From positions 10,850,001-10,914,000 of the forward strand of contig OX597838.1 in assembly GCA_951406725.2 (NCBI GenBank): DNA of 64,000 nucleotides, in the 5' to 3' direction. Shown in pieces: positions 53,350 to 64,000 of the stretch (within the stretch, counting starts at the first letter, position 1; each line of letters begins with the position of its first letter). The notes beneath the pieces are model-generated. The model ran no database searches. It saw nothing but the letters and a program-made list of their open reading frames with translations, and was not told where the DNA came from. A program made the position numbers and the translations under genes. This DNA is from Octopus vulgaris (taxonomy: Eukaryota).

Positions 53350-53657
53350 CACCCACACACACAAAGGTTAAGTACATCAACCATTCATGGAAGAATGGTA
53401 TGTTTAGCAATAGGCAGCAAATATACAATATCTGTGTTTAACATACGTGATTACAATCTGTGTAATTGAGAAACAAACCCTGGTATTTAGTAGCACTAAC
53501 CTGCACTCATTTACATTGGTTCTATAGATGCTCTCTCCGATACAAATAAAAAAAAATCCCCTCTGTCTACAGAGAATATTGTTCTTTGTGTGAATGGAGA
53601 AAAACAATAAACAAAAAAAAAAAATAAAAATAAAGCTTTTTTTTTTTTTTCTTTCAC

Positions 53658-53694
53658 CTGTGTATCTTTCGATGGAAGTTATAAATTCAGCCAT
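53658..53694 (-). CDS. Candidate 37-nt ATG-starting exon (MAEFITSIERYT|G)
   Basis: cactaac branch-like motif, cacag acceptor directly before ATG, donor CAG|gtgaaa, in unique sequence. Ends in phase 1, so not directly in frame with the exon at 23194. Confidence 0.35.
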
Positions 53695-55564
53695 CTGTGC
53701 ACAGTAGTTAGTGCATGTCTTTACACTCGGATGACCTTTCTATAATACGAGCCCTTTCAATTGTGAATTGAGAGTAGCACTCATTTTCAGTTACGCAAAC
53801 AAGAAAAACATGCAAAATGCTTCAGGCAAATATATTAAATGTCTAAAATAAAGCAAAAAAAAAAAAAAAAACCAAAAAAAAATCCTTTATATTGTCTTTG
53901 CCATTTTTTCTTTTTCTTTTTTTGTTTTTTCTTCATATTTTCCCATGTGCACAGACACACATGCACGCAACTGTAGTACAAAGTAAATATATGAATTATT
54001 GATAATTTAAACAATATCGGCCTCGTGGAGAAACCACGCACTACATATTTGATATTCAGAATAACTAAGAAACAAAAATGTACAACACATCCATAGCAGA
54101 AAAAAAAAAAAAGAATGCATAAAACAAAATAAAAAAAGGAGAAACATAAGACAGATATTGTTCTGATGAGAAAGAGAGAAAAAGAGAGACTTGTCGTCAG
54201 AATCTGAAGGAGATAAGCAGATGGTGAAATAATGGTACCATAAAGAACAACCACTTGAGGAATATAGGCATAGAAACATGACAGCTAAATGTCGTTTTAC
54301 TTAGTTATAAGAGGAGTTAGTAAGTTCATGTTATATAGATATTGAATGGTTAAGAAGTTCGCTTTGCAATCAAGCAGTACTAGGTTCAATTCCATTGCGT
54401 GGCTTCGTGCACAGGTATCTTTTACCAAATTCTTGCGCTGACCAAAACTTTGTGAGTGAAATTGGGTTGACACACTTTGTGGAAGCCTACTGGATGGATG
54501 TCAAAGGTCCAGCTTTACTGATTCTATCCAAGAATTAGAATCACATATGTCTGTGGAGTATTCAGCCACTTCTACATGAATTCACGGGACAGATAATTCA
54601 ACTAACCAAACAACTGAATAGTAAGCATTGAAGGGGTAGACCCAGGAAGGCATGGGACGAAGTGTTGTGAAAGAATCAACAGACATTGGGACTTACAGTG
54701 GGGATGCCAGAGGACTGAGGTGCCTGGTGGTTTTCTGTGCTTGAAAAGACATGTCAAGCTAAGTAAAAGCATGGCTGTCCTTGCATACAGGCTTGTACCT
54801 TGCAACCCTCTCCAGCTGAGCATTCCTAACCGTGTGGGCTCATGGGTGCTGGTACCATGTAAAAAGTACCCATACTGGTGCCGTGTAAATGCACCCATAC
54901 CAGTACTGTGTAAAAGTGCCAAGTACACTCTGTAAAGTAGTTGGTGTTAAGAGCATCCAGTCACAGAAACCATGCCAAAACAGATATAGAGCCTGGCCAG
55001 CTCTTCTCAAACTGTTCAACCCATGCTAGCATGGAAAATGGAAATTAATGAAGATGATGATGATGATGATGATGAAACAGAAGTTCATTTGCTTTTACTA
55101 GTTGAGCAATTGATCTGGCAACCACACTCTAGAGTAAGCTCTGTGATTTAACATACAAGTCTCTTTGTAAAGTTTCTCTAAGACAAAATATTACATTGCA
55201 CACCTTTTTACATTTGTACCATCATCATCATCATCATCATCATCACTTCAACATCTCTTTTTCCATGCTTGCATGAGTGTGTGCATGGTTTAGTGATTAG
55301 GGTGTTGAACTCATGGTTGCTAGATCAGGATTCCAATTCCTGGACTGGGTCTGGGTGATGCATTGTATTCTAGAGCAAAACACTATCTCATGTTGCTCTG
55401 CAATCAATTTGACACCCAGTGCATGGCACACTTGTGTACCTGTTCAAGCAATGTTGATTTGATGGAGTGACTGAGCTAATGTACGGCATGAACATTTCAT
55501 CAGTATAAACAATCTCATTTGTGTAGGTTTCTCCTTTCCCAAACCCAGTCTTTGACACTTAACA

Positions 55565-56248
55565 TTTTTATAAAGAACCCATTTCTCGTCACCAGTCACT
55601 ATTCACTCCAAAAAAGGTTCATTCATGAGACGTGACAGCAAAGAAGAGCACACATTCACTCTCTGCTCCTGATTAGACTTGGAGAGTTTGTGAGGAACCC
55701 ATTGACCAATTTGCTGATTTTTCTGATGGCAAGCAGGTGTCGATGAACGGTTGAATGACCAAATCCAAACTTCTCTGCTAGTTCCTCAACAGTTATGATG
55801 GGATTTTCTTCCACCAGGCTTTGCAGGATGTCTTCGTCGAGCTCTACAGATCTCAAAAGATGAGGCTGATCTTCTAGGCTGTAGTTTCCAGCTAGGAATT
55901 TCTGAAACCACTGTTGACACTGGTTTACATTTATTGTCCAATCCCCATATATCACTTCCCATTCAAACTGCTCCAGCCTTTTGAATATCATCCTCACTGT
56001 ATGCATTTTTGCCTTTATTGAACTCATAAAGCAAAATATGCCAAATATGATCTTTTGTCACTTCCATTATAGCTTTGAACGAATAAGTGTTAAAATCGAA
56101 TTGCACTCTTGAAAACTTGCACCAAGAAAAAGCACAAGGTAAAATTACTACCTGCTTTTATAGCAAGTTGATGCAGGTAGTTGATCTCATCTCCCTCCGA
56201 CTTTTAGTTCATACATTTGAAAAAACAGCATTATTTATGGGATGACTA
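55565..56248 (-). mobile_element. Partial, rearranged copy of the same mariner family
   Basis: TIR at ~56228-56248; HTH peptide in ORF 55656-56027. Confidence 0.85.
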
Positions 56249-56313
56249 TGTATATATATAAATATATATATCATCATCATCGTTTAACGTCCGTTTTCCG
56301 CACTAGCACGGGT

Positions 56314-56357
<44 letters not shown>

Positions 56358-56704
56358 TGTCTGTGTTTGTCCCCACCCACCACCGCTTGACAACTGGTGT
56401 TGGTATATTTATGTCTGCGTAACTTAGCAACTCAGCAAAAGTGACTGATAGAACAAGTACTGGGGTTTGATACATTCAACTAAAAATTCTTCAAGGTGGT
56501 GCCACAGTATGACCACAGTCTGTTGAATGAAACAACTAAAAAAAAAAGGACAGATGCAGGAGTGGCAGTGTGGTAAGAAGTTTGCTCCTCTACCACAAGA
56601 TTCTGGGTTCAGTCCCATTGACAAGTATCTTGGGCACATGTCTTCTACTACAGCTTTGAGCCAACCAGGTGGATTTAGTAGAGAGAAACTGAAGGAAGCC
56701 TATA

Positions 56705-56746
<42 letters not shown>

Positions 56747-56751
56747 TTTTT

Positions 56752-57129
56752 TTACTCGTTTCAGTCATGTGGCTGTGGCCATGCTGGAGCACCGCCTTTA
56801 GTCGATCAAATCGACCCCAGGACTTATTCTTTGCAAGCCCAGTACTTATTTTATCGGTCTCTTTTTGCCGAACCGCTAAGTTACGGGGACGTATACACAC
56901 CAGCATCGGTTGTCAAGCGATGTTGGGGGGACAAACACAGACACACAAACACGCACATACACATATATACGACGGGCGTCTTTTCAGTTTCCGTCTACCA
57001 AATCCACTCACAAGGCTTTGGTCGGCCCGAGGATATAGTAGAAGACACTTGCCCAAGGTTCTATGCAGTGGGACTGAACACGGAACCATGTGGTTCGTAA
57101 GCAAGCTACTTACCACACAGCCACTCCTG
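56752..57129 (-). mobile_element. SINE family S1
   Basis: Homology to 512-904; an oppositely oriented S1 head lies at ~56550-56700. Confidence 0.88.
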
Positions 57130-58100
57130 TATATATACACATACATACACACATACATAAACATGCAGATACACAAACACAGATACGTTGAAATCAGTGA
57201 CAAACACTATCATCTCTCAATAAGTTAAAAAAATAATTGAAGCAACATTCATGTGCAAAACCCTAAGGTGAGGAGGGGAGGGTTGATGGTGGTGGTGGGG
57301 GTTAAACATGTATCCCACATACAGGCTCCTCTGCTTTTGATGAAGCACTTTGTGAAAAAAAAAAAGCAGCTCATATGATTTGCTGCAATGTATACTTAAA
57401 GCAGAAGCGGTTGCAAACGATTATATGAGAAAAGGGGGGGAAATTAACTGTTGATTTACCGACTTTGGTAATATTATTCCGAATGGAAAAAGGAGCTTCA
57501 CATCAAAATGCAGATTCAGTGATACTGATGACATTTAGTTATTGAAATTTCAAAAAGGATGGGAAAAAAACCAAAAAAGCAAAAAAGAAAAAAAACATAA
57601 AATGACAAACACAAAAAAAAAAAAAAGGTGGATGACATTTGATAATTAATATATTTTTTAATGGTGGAGTAGTCAGTGATTGTTGCTGTTAATGTGATAG
57701 CGCTGGTGGTGGCGGTGGTGCTGGGTAGTGGTTAGGGATGATGCGAGGGTGTTGGAAGGAAGCGACGTAATGACGAACATCAATGTATATATGAATACAC
57801 GAGCTATTTATTCCAATTAATAAATGAGCGTGTAGGATGTGAAGTTATTATACCACAATGGAGGAGAAGGCTCGGGAAAAGTAAAATGTATCATCCATGT
57901 TCAGGTAATTAGCAAACAGGTCATGCAGGACGTTTACAATGTTCATCAGCTAATGACTTGTACTATACACACACACACATATATATATATACACACACAA
58001 ACACACACACATATATAAATATATATACATATATTATTTATATTATATTTAAATATATATATATGTATATATATATATATAAATACACACACATACATAC

Positions 58101-58137
<37 letters not shown>

Positions 58138-58589
58138 TAGAGAGAGAGAGAGAGAGAGAGATACATAGATATATAAATATGTATATATATAGATATAAAT
58201 ATACATATATAGATATAAATATAAATATATATATATATAGATATATAAATATACATACATAGATATAAACATAAATATATATATATATATAGATATATAA
58301 ATATACATACATAGATATAAACATAAATATATAGATATATATATATATAAATATACATATATAGATATAAATATAAAAAAATATATATATACACATACAC
58401 ACATATATATATCCATATATATACATGTATCCATATATATATATATATATACATACACACACATATATATATGTATCCATATATATATATATATATCCAA
58501 ATATATACATATATGTTTTCAAAATATGACCACATGTGAATTGTTGGCGATTGTCTTCCTCCGTTTTCCTTTCTATTTAACTTTGCGCA

Positions 58590-58624
58590 GTTTCCGAAGA
58601 AGAGTGTTGCTCGTAACGTTAGAC
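58590..58624 (+). ncRNA. Degenerate hammerhead-like motif, related to the 17207 family
   Basis: gttt-CCGAAGA-a-gagt-gtt-gctc-GTAA-cg-TT-agac. Confidence 0.42.
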
Positions 58625-59513
58625 CATCTTTCTTTCCTTCCCTGAGTGTCTGCCAATAATTTACATGTACCACATCATTGCGTTGTTGCTTTATTGTGTT
58701 TGTTCATTTTCTTTCTTTGTATTTACTATATATATATATCATCATCATCATCATCATTTAGCGTCCGCTTTCCATGCTAGCATGGGTTGGACGGTTCAAC
58801 TGGGGTCTGGAAAGCCAGAATACTGCACCAGACCCAGTCTGATCTGGCAATGTTTCTACGGCTGGATGCCCTTCCTAATGCCAACCACTCCATGAGTGTA
58901 GTGGGTGCTTTTTACGTGCCACCGACACAGGGGCCAGATGAGGCTGGCAAACGGCCACACCCAGATGGTGCTTTTTACGTGCCACCGGCACAGAGGCCAG
59001 TGGCATATATCATCATCATCATCATCATCATCGTCGTTTAACGTCCGTTCTCCATGCTAGCATGGGTTGGATGGTTCGACCGGGGATCTGGGAAGCCAGA
59101 AGGCTGCACCAGGCTCCAGTCTTATCTGGCAGTGTTTCTACAGCTGGATGCCCTTCCTAACGCCAACCACTCCGTGAGTGTAGTGGGTGCTTTTTACGTG
59201 CCACCTGCACGTATATATTTATATATATATACACACACACATTACTCTTTTACTCTGATTCTTGTTTCAGTCATTTGAGCGTGGCATGGCTGGAGTACCA
59301 CAATTTAGTTGAAGAAATCGATCCCTGGATTCATTCTTTGTAAGCCTGGTGCTTACTCTGTTGATATCTACAGCCGAACTGCTAAGTTACGAGCACGTAA
59401 ACACACCAACCTGGAACCATGTGTTTCAGAAGCAAGCTTCTTAGCACACAGCCACGCCCATACCTCTTTCTCTCTCTCTATATATATATATACACACACA
59501 AATATATGTATAT

Positions 59514-59560
<47 letters not shown>

Positions 59561-59904
59561 CATATAAATCTATATATATATATATATATACATATATACA
59601 TAAACATTTATATATATGTACCTACATATATATATATATATTGATATATATATACATACATATGTACACATATATATATACACATATATACATATACATA
59701 TGGATCAGGTGATGCATTGTGTTCTTCAATGTGGACTGGGGAAAGTGTTGTTTTTCTTGAGCAAAGCACATCATTTCATGTTTTCCCAGTCCACTCAGCT
59801 AGCAAAAATGAGTAATCCTGTGAGGGACTGGTATTCCATCCAGGGTGTGAATATATTCACCATGGAAACTGGGACCTAATGAGGTCTATACGACTTGGGA
59901 AGTG

Positions 59905-60825
59905 TCTTTAACTGCTAAGTTATGGGGACGAAAATGCACCACCACTAGTTATCAGGCACACACACACACGCACAAACACACGCATGCACAAACACATGCA
60001 CGCAGAAACACCTGCACGCACAAACACACGCATGCACAAACACACGCACGCACAAACACACGCATGCACAAACACACACATGCATGCACAAACACATGCA
60101 TGCACAAACACACACACGCACAAACACACACATGCACAAACACACACATGCATGCACAAACACACACATGCACAAATACCTGCACGCACAAACACACGCA
60201 TGCACAAGCACACACACACATGCACAAACACATGCATGCACAAACACACGCACTCACAAACACACGCACGCACAAACACACGCATGCACAAACACACGCA
60301 TGCACAAACACACGCACGCACAAACACACGCACTCACAAACACACGCACTCACAAACACACGCACTCACAAACACACGCACTCACAAACACACGCACGCA
60401 CAAACACACGCACTCACAAACACACGCACTCACAAACACACGCACGCACAAACACACGCACGCACAAACACACGCATGCACAAACACACGCATGCACAAA
60501 TACACGCACTCACAAACACACGCATGCACAAACACATGCACGCACAAACACATGCACGCACAAACACACGCATGCACAAACACATGCACGCACAAACACA
60601 TGCATGCACAAACACACACACGCACAAACACATGCATGCACAAACACGCATGCACACACACACGCATACCTGATGGGCTTCTTTCAGTTTCCATCTACCA
60701 AATCCACACAAGGCTTTGGTTGGCCTGAGGCTTATAGTAGAAGACACTTGCCCAGGGTGCCACATAGCGGAACTGAACCTGAGACCATGTGGTTGAGAAG
60801 CAAACTTCTTACCACATAGCCATGC
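59905..60825 (-). mobile_element. SINE family S1 with its internal microsatellite expanded into a ~700-bp 12-mer minisatellite
   Basis: S1 sequence on both sides of a (GCACAAACACAC-like)n array at ~59960-60665. Confidence 0.82.
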
Positions 60826-61064
60826 CATGCACCTAGTTTAATGATACATCATGAATCATGATTTCTTGTCTTTCCTCCATCAGGACTATACAGAAGGACA
60901 CATTGGATTATGTAGTTCAAGATATACTATGCCTGAAAAAACAAATCAGGATGGTTGTGGCTGGTATGTTTTTTGGCATATGGGAGCAGTTCAACCAGGG
61001 TTGACCTATGGTTAAACAACATCAAAACCAACAGCATAATGAAATAAATTTAAATAATACTTAC

Positions 61065-61117
61065 TCTTTGGTCTGGGGGTTCAACAAGGATAGATTCTTG
61101 AGAAAGACTGCTTTTAT
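61065..61117 (-). CDS. Candidate upstream coding exon of the RIMBP2-like gene
   Basis: Acceptor ttatttctgtacttccag, donor AGA|gtaagt, 53 nt, phase 1-0. Open as (D)KSSLSQESILVEPPDQR and phase-compatible with the exon starting at 23194. Assignment rests on splice signals and phase only. Confidence 0.55.
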
Positions 61118-62539
61118 CTGGAAGTACAGAAATAAAACCATTGATGGAGATCTTAAAGAATGATGATGATGATGTCAAAATGAATACAGACGCCTAAACA
61201 TGCACACACAAAATGGGCTTCTATACAGATTCCATCTAATCATTTCACTCACAAGGCCTTGATTAATCCAAGGATATAGGAGATGACCATGCCTGACCGT
61301 GGAACTGAACCTGAAACCTACTGGTTTATATATAAACATTTTAACCACATAGCCATGCTGGCATAAGAAAGGCAATACACAAAAATGGCTATTTTATTCA
61401 TTTAAAGTTTAAGCAAGTTGTGCTAATATTGGAAGTCATAGAATTTCAATTCTTAAGTTTTTGTTATAGAGTAGCCTTGCTCAACTACTCTTCTTTAATC
61501 AGAGTTCTGACCATTCTCAGAGTGGAACAAGCTATTTTAAAATTTAAAACTAAATACATTTTAAAGCTGAGATTTTTAACAGCAACAGAGAACAGATCAG
61601 TCATTTCATAGAAGCCCACACTTTTGGTTGACAACAGAGGAGCTCACTTCTTGGTTTTATACTCAAATGTCAGCTAAATGATTAGAATAGGGTACAATAG
61701 GAGAGAGAGCGAGCAAGAGAGAGAGAGAGAATATTTTAGCTGAACATTTGGATTTTTAAAATATGTTTTGCCTCTTGTCTTTTTCTTCGAATTCAGAGGA
61801 GGAGACAAGAGAAGTAGTTTTTGAAAATTAGAAAAAAGATTTGCTTGAAAATGAAATAAATCAACCACATTTCAACTGCACACAATCTTAATCCATTCAT
61901 TAATGCCATTTAATGAATGTTTGTCAAAAATACAGTTAAACACACAAAAAAAAAAAAAAAAAGCAGTAAGGAGGCACAGGTTTAAGATTGACTGAACAAT
62001 AATACTCAATGGTTATTTAACAAATTTAATCTTGTCCAATGAAGACAAAAACACCAATAATTATATAACACTGGGTTTTATTTGAGAATCTTTTTTTAAA
62101 TTTAAAAAAAGGAGAGAAAATGTCAAAAAAAAATTGCTGAAGGAAAAATAAAATTTCATTGTTTTATCATTGTTTTTGCTTTGCTATCGATAATTTAATT
62201 TTTAAATTGACAGGATTTGTTTAATGAATAAAATTTAATTATAATAAAAAAAATCAAATTGTATAAGGCGGTTTATTGGTTATTTTTTTTAACCAGTATT
62301 TAATGAATGGTCTTAGGAAATTTTCAGTGAATCCTATTTAAAAAAAATAAAAAATATGTAAAATAATTCTTTCTACTATAGGTACAAGGCTTGAAGTTTC
62401 TGTGGATTACATCAGCCCCTGTGCCCAACCGATATTTTATTTTATTAACCCTGAAAGGATGAAAGGCAAAGTCAACCTTGGCAACATTTGAACTCAGAAC
62501 ACAAAGCGATGATAACTATGGCACTCTTCTATTTATTTC

Positions 62540-62595
<56 letters not shown>

Positions 62596-62758
62596 GATTT
62601 AAAAAAAAAAATGAATGAACTAGTGAGTTTAGTTTAATGGCCCTACCAATGTATACTATGAGTTTCTTTGCCCTAGGAGTCGGGAAGACACTCGGCAAGA
62701 AATGGAAGGAAATTTGAAAGAAGAAGAAAAAAAGATAACAATAATAATAATAATAATA

Positions 62759-62790
<32 letters not shown>

Positions 62791-62844
62791 GGTGATGATG
62801 ATTACTAACAAATGGTTACTACCTGAAAAGCTAATGAGGCTGTA

Positions 62845-63288
62845 GTGATCCATAGCTCGATCTGTAGAAAAGGCATTGGTAGAAACTCTATAAGATGTAC
62901 CCAGTGTAAGCTATGGACACTTAAGAAGTGCAGCAATATCAAAGGAAGGCTAACTGGGAGGATAGCTTTTGTATGTGGCAGATACTCAAGAGCAATAAAC
63001 ACTGAAAATATGCAGAGAACAACTTCTGCCACATTCCAGGGAGGAAAACTAGAAGTAGTTGATAGCTTCCGTTACCTAGGAGACCAAGTCAGTAGCAGGG
63101 GTGGGTGAGGGTGCGCTGAAAGTGTAGCTGCTAGAATAAGAATAGCCTGGGCAAAGTTCAGAGAGCTCCTACCTCTGCTGGTGACAAAGGGCCTCTCGCT
63201 CAGAGTAAAAGGTAGATTATATGACTCATGTGTACGAACAGCCATGCTACATGGCAGTGAAACATGGGCCGTGACTGCTGAGGACATG
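62845..63288 (+). mobile_element. RTE-clade LINE fragment with Cys-rich insertion
   Basis: ICRKGIGRNSIRCTQCKLW..KKCS...FVCGR...LEVVDSFRYLG...ARIRIAWAKFREL...MLHGSETW. Confidence 0.9.
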
Positions 63289-64000
63289 CGTTTAACGTCT
63301 GCTTTCCATGCTACCATGGGTTGGACGATTTGACTGAGGACAGGCGAACCAGATGGCTGCACCAGGCTCCAATCTGATCTGGCAGAGTTTCTACAGCTGG
63401 ATGCCCTTCCTAATGCCAACCACTCCGAGAGTGTAGTCGGTGCTTTTTACATGCCACCGGCATGAGGGCCAGTCAGGTGGTACTGGCAATGGCCACGCTC
63501 AAGTGGTGTTTTTTATGTGCCACCTGCACAGGAGCCGATCCAGTGGCACTGAGAACAACCTCGCTCGAATGTTTTTCACGTGCCATTGGCACAAGTGCCA
63601 GTAAGGCAATGCTGGTAATGATCCCGTTTGAATGGTGCTTTTTATGTGCCATGCGTCGTATACAGCTGTCTTCACTCATACGCATCACATGTCCAAACCA
63701 ATGCAGTCTCCTCTTCTGCATACCACATTTAATCCCTCTTGTGCCTAACTTTTCCCTCAACACAGTTGTGCTCTGTCGGTCATGCACACTGATGTTGCAA
63801 ATCCAAACGGAGCACACTACCTTCTTTCTTCTCCGGCCAATGCATGTCCTCCACAGCCAGAGCTCATGTCTCACTACCATGTAACATAGTTGTTCCCACA
63901 CAAGCATCATACAACCTACCTTTCACTCTGAGACAGAGAGAGAGAGAGAGAGAGTCCTTTTGCTGCCATCAGCACTAGTAGTTCTCTGAACTTCCTCCAT
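63289..64000 (-). mobile_element. 3' part of an RTE LINE, inverted relative to the adjacent fragment
   Basis: LREKLG.RGIKCGMQKRRLHWFGHVMRM, followed by a 3' region with ~65-bp repeats. Confidence 0.85.

Noticed and set aside
54191-54203. Possible 13-nt microexon (ctccttcag|ATTCTGACGACAA|gtctct, minus strand)
   Set aside because: Very weak donor and frame-shifting; no further support.
62650-62720. Possible R4/Dong-type LINE 3' remnant between (TAA)n tracts
   Set aside because: Too short to classify by eye.

Overview
AT-rich, microsatellite-dense eukaryotic DNA, very likely octopus (coleoid cephalopod) judging by the tRNA-derived SINE families and repeat landscape; this is an inference. The whole window is mostly intronic sequence of one minus-strand gene encoding a RIM-binding protein (RIMBP2-like). 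Its SH3 domain is split over two clear exons (23194-22994 and 7943-7868). Candidate flanking exons lie at 61117-61065 and 3376-3320, with candidate alternative first/start exons and a possible poison exon. The introns are packed with SINEs, RTE/CR1 LINE fragments, mariner/Tc1, piggyBac and hAT MITEs, and two decayed Penelope-like (GIY-YIG) retroelements. Main observations: (1) at least seven minimal hammerhead-ribozyme motifs from about four families of short (TA)n-embedded Penelope-type terminal-repeat units, most with non-canonical cores and two sense to the pre-mRNA; (2) two long near-perfect palindromes whose apexes both fall where hammerhead stem II would be; (3) four CCAAT boxes phased at 41-42 bp upstream of a TATA box and a splice donor, a candidate internal promoter; (4) a SINE flanked by a ~130-bp direct duplication. 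Almost all supplied ORFs are microsatellite or SINE artefacts. Repeat coordinates were read by eye and are approximate to a few bases.
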